64,000 bases of DNA from the NCBI GenBank assembly GCA_037447605.1, contig CM074807.1:2366327-2430326 (forward strand), given 5' to 3'. Within the stretch, counting starts at the first letter, position 1. Every line of letters starts with the position of its first letter. Both the position numbers and the translations under genes were made by a program. Origin of the DNA: Zygnema circumcarinatum SAG 698-1b (Eukaryota; Plantae; Zygnematophyceae). Positions 37,963 through 54,746 of this stretch are shown here, in pieces. The notes under the pieces were generated by a model. The model was not told the origin of the DNA. It saw only the letters and a program-made list of their open reading frames with translations, and did no database searches.

Positions 37963-40144
37963 TTACTCTCGTTTCTTTCTGGAGGACTCTTTCTTGACAG
38001 TGGCAATGGCTAGCTTGGTCCGTCGCTGCTTGAACATGTGGAGGTAAAGTTGCAGCCACAGAATGGGAGCTACTACGAGCACCACCTGCACCAATAATAC
38101 ACATGTTAAACCTATACAATTTGTTCTTACAAATAACCATCAAAGCATAGCAAAGACAATGAATTGCATCATATGACTGAAAGACAACAAGAAGGGGCCT
38201 TACCACCAGAAAGGTGTGGTAACTAAGCTTCAAATAGGAGAAATAGTTTTCGAAGAGGCGCTTCCGCTTCACATGTGGCAGGGCCAAATAGATAACTTGC
38301 ACTGCATTGTGCCCACGCGCACAATTTTAAGCGTCAGAACGTGACAAAAAGGAATAAATAAGAATCAGCAAACCGAATACATAAGGCTGGGACGTGATGC
38401 TCACGCTCTCCGTAGAACAAACCGATGGGATACAGCACGATGAAGGCAGTGTACCTGACAACCCGCCAATATCCGCAACTAGGAGTGTCATTATTTAGAG
38501 AGGGGAAGTGGGGACAGGCCAGCCACAAAACCGGGCAGGAAAGAGGGAAAAAACGAACCTGAGCCACGTGAGTGGAGCAGGACAAATGCCCAATAAGCTC
38601 AATGCATATTGCGGGTATCGCACAACCTGCTCCACAAACAATCAGCAGCTCGTCAGTAAGGCCGATATTTCTTTGTCATTTTGCATTCGGGGAGGAGGTT
38701 GTAGCACTACGGGCTGTGAGGAGATTTTGGTAAAGACCAGGCAATCGAATCTACCCATAAAAACGTTTGCCTACCCTCTCCTTGATCTTCAGAAGTAGAC
38801 TTGCAATTTTTTTCTTGGACGTAGTAGAGTTATGCATCGTCGAGGTCGTTTTGTAGTAAAACATGCACCATGTTTGAGCACATCCACTACAGCGAACAAG
38901 GAAAGACAGCAGTCTACTGTGACAAAAACATAAACAAAGTACTGTTAAGGTAAATAATGTTGTACAGTTCAGGGCAGGTGAACATGATCCTTGGAATAAC
39001 TGGAACACTTGGTGAATAACTGCACCTCAGATAGAGACCACGCGGCAAACATTCCAAACACTGCGGGTGAACGTTGAATCTGCATCCATGCCAGAAGAAA
39101 ACTTGAGAGTAAAATTGGAAGAAAGCCAGGTGTTCAAAAGCCTGATCACGTTGCAGCCTTCACTTACTCCCTTGCATGTTAAATGCCACACACGCCAATG
39201 TCGGATACCCTACAGATTGACAATATCCCTTTTTAAGGGCCTTTTGTTTTTTCGAAAATGGTACATCGAAATAGTGAATGGGGGAACTACCCGCCTCAGG
39301 AACGTTCATGAGTACTCCGAATAGAACATGTGAACGTCCTGCCCACTGAATCAATGCTGTCGCCACTCCACTGGGAACAAGTCCTGACAACTCAGCCAAC
39401 GCATTTTGTCACAAAAAGACCTCTAAACCTGCCACCTTGCATTGTTTTCCCAGCAGAGACTCCAGAAAGTTTCATTATCAACAGTATGCATGATGGAATC
39501 AAATGCTATTAATGAGCGGGAATCCAGTGACACTTCTTTCATGAATACCCTCACGACCGAGCAAAAATGCAGTTAAACTTAGTGAATTCAACATTAGACG
39601 ACTGGAAGGGCTCCCATTTTCCAGGGGTTTCATTGATGGATGTACCGAAAAGTGCATGGAGGACCTCCAGACCTGCTGCAAACTGGAGAATGTCTGTTCC
39701 AAGAAAAAGGCATCAAGAGACGCAAATTACGTCACAGTTGACAGATTATGCAAACATGTGCGATTAGGCTCGTAAAATCCAGACTGAAACCATCATAGCA
39801 GCTAGCATTGTTAACTGCAGGCCTGCAAACACCCTTCAGTCCAAAAAAAATAAATGAAAATCCAGAGCAATATGACATACACACATCCTGTGCAGCGGAT
39901 TTGTAAGCATTTTCCAAACTTGAAGAGGCTACGGCGTCCCTTGTGATTGTCCATACCACAAAAGCCCTGCCAAAAAAAGCCAAAAAACTCCTCAAATGAG
40001 CCGAAGCAGAAGCGAAAATTCTCCGGCTAGTGCAGTGCTGGTAAGAATCTGATAGTTTTATAGCTCCTAAAAGTACCATCCGACGCCCTGCAACGTATTG
40101 TACAGGACGAGGTAGGCCTTGCGAAGAGTTCCCCCGGACGCCAT
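37963..40144 (-). CDS. PTPLA: Very-long-chain 3-hydroxyacyl-CoA dehydratase (HACD, PTPLA-type)
   Basis: Exons: YLVLYNTLQGVGW; LEVLHA; GLVPSG..LIQWAGRSH; AWSLSE; VVRYPQYA; LRYTAFIVLYPIGL..GE (catalytic Tyr/Glu region); LYLHMFKQRR; basic ER-retention-like tail. Confidence 0.88.
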
Positions 40145-40888
40145 GGCTCCGCCTGCAACTTCGCCCTGCCTTGCCCTGCCCTGCCCTGCCGTCAAAAACC
40201 AAGCAGAGTGTTTTTTTCCTAGTATATATATTGTTGTACCGTATCGACCAATACAGTACGCACAATATCAATAATACCGTACCGTTCGTAACCGTACGAC
40301 ACCGTACGGTGCCACTCGTCTGTACAACATCCATACGGATGCCTCAACCTAAGCCCGCATGTGCCGCTCGTACGAAAATCGGAACCACGAAAAGAAAAAT
40401 TCTGCCCAAGTATTGAAAAACCAACGGTGGAGATGCCGTTTCGGCACCAACCTAATTTTTTTTTTTTCGACTCCCACCGACGGTCAGGATGTTGCCAGCA
40501 CACCAGCCTCCATTAGCGTGTGGCTGAACGCGTCCCGTAATACTGCGAACGGGACTGGCGACAGGGAGCGGCGGTGACGTCGCTTCGGTTGGCTTGGCGT
40601 GCCGTCTGTTGATCGAGGGCGGCCTCTCTCGGGGGAGACTGACTAGGGCAGACCCGGAAGCTGCTGCAGGCGGCAAGCTGCAAGCTGCAAGCAGCAAGCA
40701 GCATCGGTTCCAGGTTGACCTCGGGCATGCGCCCTGCAGAAACTCGCTTTAAGAGAGCTTAGGAGGAGGAGGGGGAGTTCTATGCTTAGGCGCTGGGAGC
40801 GAAGTATTCGTACGACTCGGGACTTTCTGGAATAGGTTAGGAAGAGCAAATTGGCGAGAAAGAGTGGGGCAGGGTCGAAGGGGTGACC
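40145..40888. promoter_or_regulatory. Bidirectional promoter between PTPLA and VPS4
   Basis: Head-to-head ATGs ~745 bp apart, a dense CCGTAC/CGTAC cluster at 40236-40370, TGACGTC at ~40575, and short (GCCCT)n and (GCAAGCT)n repeats. Confidence 0.6.
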
Positions 40889-45019
<4,131 letters not shown>

Positions 45020-46513
45020 GTAGCCTGCCAAGGAGGGGAAGATGTACACAGGAGTACGACTTGGTCCTACCACAATTACTCCTTTCTCGAACCTGCTTGG
45101 AATTGTTCCTCAGTATGTATATTCGGCTTCCATCTGCTCTCATTATATGCCAAGATTACGCCCTTGCCCTGTCCCGTGGCTGAGCTGGAGGGGTGGGCCC
45201 TCCCTCACTGACCGATGTTGGGAAAATCTCGTCGACACAGATTATGGTCTCTACCAGGGCTCCCCTCTGGGAGGCGGGCTGCTGTAAGGTTTGCGAGTGC
45301 CTCTTGTAGAATACGGGCCTATGGTCTTGAAACGGATGGCAATCGCACAAGGATTGGGGTACTGAAGTTTGAATAGAACGTCACCTAAGGGTTTTTATGT
45401 TCCTTATCCCACTATGTTTTTACTTGAAACAATATGCTATCTTTACTTAATTGACCAGGGCCAGGTAGAGAGGGAAAGGGGGTTCTAAGGATTGGCATGT
45501 GACTCCAGGAATGTTGCTGAGTGCTCCTTGGAATATTCGCTTCGCGCTTCATTGTCTGTCTCCTTAACATTGCTATGCCAGAAAATTGCATGCTTTTCGT
45601 TACTTGCTCGTTACAGGCCTATTGCCATGGGTATGATCGCAGCTCGCAAATTATAAGCCAGCAGGTACACGTCTGGTTTGCAGCCAAGTGCTAGTCCGTT
45701 GCACTCAGTTTTGAGTCCTCTATCGTCGAGTAATAGCCGAGCTCCCACAGTTACCCAGGGGTCTTCTCTGAACCCCTCCCATTCCTTCCCCACACCCGAC
45801 CCAACAGCCGTGAGGGGCCTATCGAATCGTACCATATCGTATCGCCTTAGCTCGATCAGATATCGCGTGAAAGTAAACGCGGCCGTCTCGTCTAAAGACC
45901 CTCCGGTCCCATGCGACCCTAAAAGTAATAACTTTTAAAATCGGAAATGTCCGCAATCCGTGTCCTGTCGCGGCCCCCGACCCCCGTCCGCTGCCCCGCA
46001 AGCCCCCCCGAAACGGCCGCCGCGGATCACGGAACATAGAACGGCCCCGAGACCCCACAGCAAACGACCCGTTCCATGCCCGGCGGGCGCCACGTCACGT
46101 GGCGGAGCCTCCTGGACGGCACACGTGGCGGGTCGCGTCGCGGCGCGTTCCGCAATTTCCGGGCACCCCTCCGAGCGGCCCGTCCTGCCCTGCCGCCCTC
46201 CCGAGGCGACACGTGGCACCGCCTGCGGAGGACCCGGAACCCCATTGGCTTCTGGCCCCTCTCCCGCCCTCCCTACCCCTCCCTCCCTCCCTCCCTCCCT
46301 CGCGCCCTCTCCTCCTCCCTCTCTCCCTCTCTCCCTCTCTCCCTCTCTCCCTCTCTCCCTCTGCGTCGGCCTCGGCCTCTACCCGTCACTGTGGGGCGCC
46401 CGGAAGGCTCTCTCTCTGTTCTCGCGAAAGGCCCTCCACGATAGTCTCCGGGGCCCCTCTTCTATCTCTCCCGGCCTCCTGCCCCCGCCGATGAGAGCGG
46501 CAGCTCACAGCCC

Positions 46514-48569
46514 ATGTCGGGGCCGCCTGCAGTATCTCCCTGCGGAGCCTGCAAGTTCCTCCGCCGCAAGTGCACGCGCACCTGCATCTTCGCGCCGCAT
46601 TTCCCGCCGGACCAGGGCCAGCGCTTCGCGAACGTGCACAGGATATTTGGAGCGAGCAACGTCGCCAAGCTGCTGCAGGAGCTGCCGCCTCCAAACAGAG
46701 AGGACGCGGTGAACAGCCTCTCGTATGAAGCAGACGCGCGTGTCAACGATCCAATCTATGGCTGCGTGGGAGCACTCTTCTCCCTGCAACAGCAGGTAAT
46801 GCAGGGGCTGTACTGCAAGTGCAAATTGTCTCAGTTTAAGGATTACGGGCGAACAGAACGAAAGGGTAGCGTTGTAGCGGCAGCCTCGTTATTGGCAGTT
46901 GCCTCTTGGCCGCATATTCTAAAGAATCCGAATTGCAGTAAGGTGTAGCACTGTGGATCATTCCTTCCATTAGTTTCCTGACGTCCACCGGTCACTTCTT
47001 GTAATCAGCATGTATTGACATTCCATGTAGTGAAGGCCAACATTGCCGTTTCCTTCCTTCCTACTTCGTTGCTAGCAACGCAAAGGCCAGTTTACTTTGC
47101 ATATTTGATTCTGCATCGGCTTAGGTCTAATTCTTAGCCAATGGTAGTACCTGAATATTGTTTGAGAAGTGGTGTCATCACGCCAGTCCTTTCATATCAC
47201 GGCTAGCCAGACTATGCTTCACTTTCGAGAAGCGAACATTCATAGAAGTGCCAAAGAATCAATTGGAAAGCTGTCAAATAGGCATTCACGATTATTCAAC
47301 CTTTTCAGCAAATGACCTACATCCTCTGCAATGTGACACATGGAAGAATGATTTGCAACAAACTTCTTTCTGCCGCTGTTTTTCGCACTTTCTGGTGCTT
47401 CCATTTCTTTTTGTACTGCCTGAAGTGACGATCACAATCCTGCAGCCGCGCTTATTACGGGCTTCTGAATTTTTTTCCCGCAGGTGGCTCGCCTGCAGAC
47501 AGAGCTCGCGATGGCGCAGGCGGAGCTTGCACGTGTACATGCGGCACAAGCGCAGTCACAGGCCGCTCTGCCGCTTGGAGGTAGTGCAGAGCCGGGAAGT
47601 TATGACACTGCTGCAGTCTCGCAGCTTCCCCTCGGAGGTGAGACTGCTCGAGGAAAGTCATTCACAGTGTGTGGAATAGGGAGAACGTGTGGATGGCTTG
47701 CTGAAGCGTAAGCTGAAACCATACTCTCAAATGCATAATAACCGATGCTTAAGGAAGCAGTGAAGTTTCCTGGCAGGCCTATTTTACAGTTACTGGCAAG
47801 TAGCTGCCTGTTTCTCCTCTGTGGTCGTCGAAATGGTCAGTTCTTCCAGAAGTCTTTACCATAGTCTCACAGCATTCCCGGACTGCTCCAACCAAGCTTT
47901 CCCTACTTTATAGGATTCCCACTTCCATTCTACCCCTCTTATGTCAAGCCTCTTTGAACCCTTTGTATGAGGTAAATTGTTTTTTGAAGGGCTTTCAACC
48001 AGTCTTTCGGGACACCAACAGGACTGCCCCTGGCCACTACTGCACGTTTTAGAACGAGCAGCAAGCGTGCTCTAGTTGGCTCCTCATGCTATGTTGTGGC
48101 TGTCACTCCTGGTCGCTCAGGGTTTTCATTTACAATTTACGTTTAAAGGGGCTTCTTGAACATTCAAGTCCTCCCTACATCAGCTTGCTGCACTCTGTGC
48201 ATACTCAAGGTCCTCAGATAACAATGGCGTGACGGGAACCTGTCATGTCTTCAGACGGCTGTTCTTGTGTACTCTCGCCTCTCAAAGATATCTGCAAGCC
48301 GGGTTACCGTTGCCTTTGGATTTGCTGTTTTCTAGTGACTGGGGATACATATCTTCCAGGATACACATCTGAGCACCTCTTCTTTTGGGACCAGCCCAGG
48401 TGCTGCAGGGTTGACAGGACAATATTATGGAGGAGCCTATGCCTATGGGCAAACTGCTGTTACATCTGGAGGAGATGAATCTCCTGTAGCGAAGCCAGAA
48501 CTGGATGGAGAAGGAGAGAGGCAGACGGCGGTGACGCAAAGCCAATCAGCTCTCGATATGACCCAATAG
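46514..48569 (+). CDS. LBD: Class I LOB-domain (LBD/ASL) transcription factor
   Basis: C-block CGACKFLRRKCTRTC, GAS block FANVHRIFGASNV..DPIYGC, leucine zipper LQQQ|VARLQTELAMAQAEL (exons 46514-46795, 47484-47637). The 3' exon(s) and the stop at 48569 are tentative. Confidence 0.92.
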
Positions 48570-49010
48570 CAGAATGGAAAGCAGGTCGATACAAAGATAG
48601 AATAGCTCAAATAGCTCGCTTCTGTGTGGATTAGGGTCTTAGCGTAGGAAGGGAGGCGTATTCTGCAGGGAGAGTTTTCCTCGTTCGCGTTCCGGAAAGT
48701 TTCGACACAAATTCAGGGGTACCGAGTTGGCCCTCCTTCGTTCGACACATGCAACGCTTTTGAAGCCATGTTTCTCAGCAGCTGTATGGGTGTTCTGAGC
48801 GAGGAAACTTCAAAAGCTGCTCCATTACGCCCGGGAGATGCACACTGCCAGCTGACTGACTAACTACAGTACAGATTAGCTGCTTCGCTGTGTCTTCGGA
48901 CCGAGGGTGGTGACTTGTACGCTGCGAACTTCTCCCTGCCGCTCGTGTTCGTTACGATTTCCGCAACCTTCAGCGTCGCCTTGCCCTGCGAGCAACAGCG
49001 CATTGGCCAT

Positions 49011-49102
49011 GGACAGGACAGGACAGGACAGGACAGGACAGGACAGGACAGGACAGGACAGGACAGGACAGGACAGGACAGGACAGGACAGGACAGGGCA
49101 GG
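49011..49102. repeat. (GGACA)n pentanucleotide microsatellite
   Basis: About 17 units seen directly. Confidence 0.97.
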
Positions 49103-50065
49103 ACGTCGCCCTTTGTACTCTGCCAATATTACGCCAGCATCAATGGAGAAATGTGCTCGGCTTACTTTCTCTGCAAAACGGTGCTCGCTGTACGATTTGG
49201 TTAAATAGCAGGTGTCCTTTTAGATTTTCATTTTCATTTCCTTATCATTTTTTCAAAATTGCCATAGCATGTCCATGCCATATGGATGGCCAATGTAGGA
49301 CCTGTTTTCCCAAGCTCTGTGTCACAAGGCTATACTACATGTTGAAGCTTCTACAATTGGTCATGTTGAGTCAACAATACTCGCATATATCAGCATCGCC
49401 TCTTTAGGCGAGTCCAGAGAGTAATATAGAGTATTGCTCAATGATCTATTTGTGAGTAAAGATTGGCTGAGGATCAAGTGACATTGTTCAGTTTACGGTT
49501 GAATAAACATGCGCCGTGAGCAGGCCGCGCCTCTCCAATCCATCCACCCCCCTGCCATCCATCGTCCGCGGGACCGCACTGCCTGCCTCGGCTTGCGCCA
49601 CACACGTTCACACCACAAAACTCCGTGGTTCGTGGGAGCCTGGTCAACCAGTCCAACCTTTTGGTCAACGGCTACGCCTGCCGTAGCTGGCTAAAACCGG
49701 TCAACTCGGATGCCGTACAGCATCAAGCGGACCGTCCACCCCTGCAGGGTGCACCGGTGCAGTCGTGGCCGTACAGTACCGCAATATCGTTCGTACAGTG
49801 CAACGTGGCAGGCAGGCAGGCAGGCAGGCCAGGTCCGCCCGCCGCAAGCCGCAGACGATCTCCGCCGCCGGACGTGCGGGAGGCCGCGAGTGGGTCCACC
49901 GCGCGTGACGTCACTGTGTCGGGTGCCGACAAACGCCGTGCAGCCTCGCCGGTCCTGCCACGTCGAGATCGATTTGGCGCGGTCCGCATTGCCGTTAGCC
50001 GTTTGGCCGTACAATCGTACATCCCTCACCGTACGGCCGACCGCGGGGTTTGACTTCATGTGCGG

Positions 50066-51030
50066 TGTAGCACGAGATAAGTGGGGTTAAAAGGAGATTG
50101 CTGAGCTAGTCGCAGATGCTGTACGGCCACCCGAGCGTCCGTGCTGAAACTGACGTAGGGTTGGGGTGGTGCTGTGGGTCTGCTTGCAGCATAGAGCCAG
50201 GATCCGGGGGATTCAGAGGTACGCGCAGCGGAAGACGTAGGGATTCTGAAGACGTTCCCACCGGCGGCTGGACTTGATGCGCAAAGAGCCCTTCCTTGGG
50301 GACCCTCCTCCCGTCCTCTCCTCGGCTAGCCTCTTAGCTAGGCTCCTAGTGATCAGTGGTCATTGAGAGTAATGCAAGGCAGGATAGAGCAAGATAGGGG
50401 CTTGGCATAGTGACAGCAGAGGGAAAACAGGACACAACTCAGATAAAGGTGGTATTTTGGAAACTCACCCCAGCCAGCGGTTGGCTGGGGAATGTCATTA
50501 CAATGAAATTGTCTTCTCACTGAAATCTTTGTCTAACTCGGCTCAATGGGACGTCTTAATGCTACCAATAGTATTTTCTCCCCATGGGATGTCCCCCTAC
50601 CCCAACATCTGCCCTATGAAGAGGAAAGAAAAAGAAGAAAGAAGAACAAGACAACAAACCACACAGCAAATACAAATACTAAGCCCAGCACTAAAAGACA
50701 AAAAAGCATCACTGACATCCCATCTACTTAACACTTACAATATATATTGAGTCTTAGCAGGTGATAGTCTCTGATTGGCCAACTGCCCCCTGAGAGGCCT
50801 GACTGACTACGTGGAGCCTTTGAGAGGCTGAAGCCAGAAACATCTGCGACATCTGCGCCCTTCCAGTGTCGCGGGAAGCCTGCAGGTGCTGCCTGCCTGG
50901 CTGACAAATGGCGTCGCCGCTCGCATTTCCGCCGCATTCTGGACCAGGCCGTCGCTAACATGCGAACATGAACATGTCAAGTACAACTGAACGGGCGCGG
51001 ATCCGTCGAACGCAGCTCCGTTACGCTACA
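50066..51030 (-). repeat. 3' LTR (~965 bp)
   Basis: TGTAGC/GCTACA terminal inverted repeats. On the minus strand a CCAAT (~50775) precedes a TATA-like AATATATAT (~50745). Confidence 0.75.
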
Positions 51031-54000
51031 TCTGTAGCACGTGCCGGGGGGGGGAACAAGCGCACGCCCCTGCGGGCGCAATGAAGAAGAGACAAAGGGC
51101 ATGGAAGGAGCCAATGATGACCTGGACGGGGGGCCGCGTGAGGCGAGTCGGCGGCCGGTTGGAGAAGCTTCCGCGTACATTCGGCAATGGGGAGTATCGG
51201 GAGGACCGTATCGGAAGAGACGGCCGGCTGGCGAAATGTGGGCGAAGGGGCAAAGAGTGCGAGAAGCTGACGGCGCGAATCAAAACTGACCAATGAGGAG
51301 TCGCCAGGAGTGGGGGACGCAGGAGGCTGCGCTTTGGCCGGTGGGGCCTGGCCAGCCATTGCGGGGAGGGCGCTGACGTGCGACGAATGTTGATCCACAG
51401 CGCTACCGCCAGCCCGCGTCATCACAGAGTCAGGGCCTCCGAAATGATGGCCCAACCCGGGATCTCCACTGGCTCACACAGATGAAGGGGCCCCACCACG
51501 AAAAGCCCGTTGATTGGGTTTGGCCAGATTCCCTGAGCCAAATGAGCTGACTGCTGCGTGACCTGACTGGGCGGGAGAGCGTGCGGCCGCCGCCCGGAAG
51601 TCGGTGAGTTGTCGCCCGTGCGCTCGCTCGAGGTGTGGGAGGCCATGGGAGCTCAGGGCTCCGAGCGGAGGGCCAGGGAGCTCAGCTGGGACGGGCCCGA
51701 TCGGGAGGCGCGTCATCGCAGAGGAGGGGCTCAGCGGAGAGCAGGTCAAGGGGATGCGGGGTTATTGGCCACATAGAGGAGCTCGCAGGGAGAGAAGCCC
51801 GTGGCAGGAGGTGACGGAGGTGTTACACGAAGACCAGGAGGACCATCGTCAGCCCGCCCGCAGCCGCAGCCGCGGGACGGGCGCGCATCCCCCGACCGCC
51901 CGATGGTGCGCCCAAGCCCATTCTGCCAGGGGAGTAGGGGTACAGGTGCGTGATGATGCGAAAGTCCTGCACTGAGCCGGGGAAGGCCCCCTTGATTCGG
52001 TGCCACGCCAGAGCGGACAGAGCAGGGAGAGTGCGTGACCATGGCCGTCAGGAGGCCGGGACAAGCAATCCCAAATGTTAGAGCCTGGAGCTGTGAACCT
52101 CACCCACCTTGGTGCATCTGTCCACCAGAAGACCCGAATGTAGCCAGAGGGCTGCTGAGCCTATAGAAAAAGTGTCGATGTTCCAGTCTTCGGCGACACC
52201 GCGCATCGGCACCCCCACCCATCCCAGGGGTCGGGCGGTCCGGGGCAGAAGAGCGCTGCCGCCGCGCTGGAGCCGGGTGGCATGTTTCAATGTGCCTGTC
52301 ACCGTGCCACCTGCAGGCCGGGCCACAGGGAGCGCCTCCTGCACAGGGCTGCCATCTGTCCAGCTGGCAAGCCTGCAGGTCGAGCAATCGTGGGCGACGC
52401 CAGAATTTCCACACGCCTTGTGAGGCAATGGAACAGGAAGGCCGGAGGGGAGGTAAAGAATCTGTCCGTCATCATCGACAGAGAATTTCCGAGCGCGGCG
52501 GAGCAGCCGAGCCCTCTCGGTGTCCGTGACAAAAGGGGGCAGCGTGCGAGTCATGACGTAGCGCAGAGGGAGGAGTCAGAGATGATGTCATTGGTGCTGG
52601 AAATGGGAGGAAGAAAAGGATTTCACTCATCGTCGCCCATGGGAGTTTGACGGGGTCGCATGGGGGTGCCGTGGCTAAGTCAGGGTCTTGCGAGTTTGAT
52701 GGAGGTGGCGGTCGTGGCTGGAATATTGATAATTCCATTTGCGAATATGACCTCATGTAAGTCTTGCTCTGCAATAAAGATCTCAATGGGAAGATGCTCA
52801 GGGTTCAGGAGGGTGGGTGGAGGGATGGGTTCAGGAACGGCCGGATCGTGGCAGAGGAGGGGAGCCGAGGGATTGCGACTGAGGCCATCAGCATTGCCGT
52901 GACTACGGCCGGGACGGTGAGTGACTTTGAGTACATTGTACCCTCCACTTCATCACCATTTGCTAACTTAAGGGACGAGGCAGCCATACAATGCGCATCG
53001 ATAGGGGCATGTGGTCAGCCCGCACCACAACGGCCGGAGGCCGTGAGAGCTTGAAACTCTCAGGCTGACAGGACAGCCGCGCTTTCCTCAGGAGGGCTGC
53101 ACCGAGTCCGAACAGACCCGCCCGGTACAGGGAACCGGGTGTTCCCCATCTGAGAATGCCCTGGCTGCCACTGGCTAAGCCTGCCCCATCCAGCGAGCGT
53201 CATAATGTGGGGAGGGCGGGGCCGTTGAATGGCAGGCAGGAGCTCACAGGCACTCTTGAGCGCTTGGAGCTAAATCCGCGCTGTCGCGACTCCGAGCCAT
53301 CGCGCCCTCCAAACATGTAGGGGAACGTGCAATAAGGGCATAGCCCTTGATGAACCGGCCAGAGAGCAGCTGAGTCCCAAGCAAAGACCTTAAGCCGAGT
53401 GAGATTCTTTGAATGGGCATAAGGTCAATCGTTTCATTGTCGAAGCTATGGTTTCAGGCCATCTATACCGAGGGCGGTGCCCCAGTGAGTGATTCCTGAT
53501 GCTCCCACTTTGAGATTCCCTGGTGCAACCCTCAGGTCGCTAGGCCGATGAGCTGCCGGAGGACTGGTCAATGTGTTGAGGAGGGGTACCAGCCCGCTGC
53601 GAGGGAGGCATCATCCACGCAAGGTCCGACAGGCACTGAGGAGGCCGAACACCTGGCGGCCAGGCGCGTGAGTCTGACGCAACTCTGAGCTGACGAAGCA
53701 CCGCCCACGCAGCAAGCGCGTGCTGCGGAGCCCCGCCGACGGATCGGCCCGCTGGAGTGGACCTGCCAGAGGATTTCTGCATGTCAAGGGCCGAGAACCA
53801 CCGGTCATCAGGGGAGACGCCGTGGAGAATCAGGTCCACATCCGGTAATGTGTAGGGATCCCACTTCGTTATTGCATTCAGCTTTCGGTAGTCCCCACAG
53901 AAGCGGAGTGTGCCATCCGGCTTTGGGGGCAGAACGGCCGGGCTGGCCCACGGCCCTTCTCCAGGTTCCATCAATCCGGCAGCCACGTTCTCGTCGATCT

Positions 54001-54062
54001 GTCGTTCGACATCGGCCTGCTGCGCGGCGGAAAAGCGGTAGGGAGTCAGGGTNNNNNNNNNN

Positions 54063-54300
54063 CTGACTACGTGGAGCCTTCGGATAGGTCAACGAATGAT
54101 AATCGGCGGCATCTTGCGGCGCTTCCGAGTGCGCCTAGCTGGATGGTGTGCTGTCCCGTGGGCCGCCAACAAATGGCGCCGCCGTCTCGCATTTTCCGTC
54201 GGCAATTCCTGGATCAGGCCGGTCCGTGACACTGAACATGAACATGTCAAGTACAACTGAACGGGCGCGGATCCGTCGAACTCAGCTCCGTTACGCTACA
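54063..54300 (-). repeat. 5' LTR, partial (truncated by the assembly gap)
   Basis: Similar to 50803-51030. The last ~65 nt are near-identical. Confidence 0.8.
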
Positions 54301-54746
54301 GCGGGCGAGCGGGCGGACCCTGCGGCGGTCCTTGAGTGTCGGCCTTTGTCCGTACGACGGAATCTGAGAGGAAGGTTCCATGCGGGGCGGTTATGGCGAT
54401 GCCCGTCGGGGGTTCTATGTCAGACTGTGCGGCCGTCCTGCTTTACGATGACCAGTATCATGTGACCGCCGTTCCGTGGCGTTGGCGTCACGTGCACGGC
54501 TCAGTTACAGTTAGGGTTCGTCAATGCGGCTCGTATGAGTCTGATCGCCCAGATGGCCCCCATGGTGGAGATGAGGGGTGGCGCCTGCCTCGCTGGGCCT
54601 GCTCTCCGCCATCCCCCGTGGAGCATCACTTCTCATCTTCTGTGAATAACTTGAGTACATATTGTGTACAGAAAGGTGCACTCGGAGGACTATCTGTGGC
54701 AATTAAGTCAATTGCGTAGTCAAGAAGAAAAAAAAACTGGTTCGCG

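Larger units (their letters stand above)
50066..54300 (-). mobile_element. Ty3/gypsy LTR retrotransposon (gapped; pol frameshifted)
   Basis: Ends TGTAGC...GCTACA with GCGG on both flanks (50062-65, 54301-04). Direct repeat 50803-51030 vs 54063-54300. Minus-strand pol fragments in RT-RH-IN order: SPAVLPPKPDGTLRFCGDYRKLN (RT), HRPGRSHGNADGLSR (RNase H), HIETCHP (IN zinc finger), ATGFSPCELLY (IN core). gag/PR/PBS presumably fall in the N-gap at 54053-54062. Confidence 0.88.

Noticed and set aside
48860-49407. ORFs with QDRTG / CPVLS repeats
   Set aside because: Translation of the (GGACA)n microsatellite.
51033-54230. Treating pol frameshifts and LTR divergence as evidence of an ancient, decayed element
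   Set aside because: Dense indels next to an N-gap, alongside a near-identical LTR tip and intact TSD, look more like uncorrected long-read gap filling. Age cannot be inferred.
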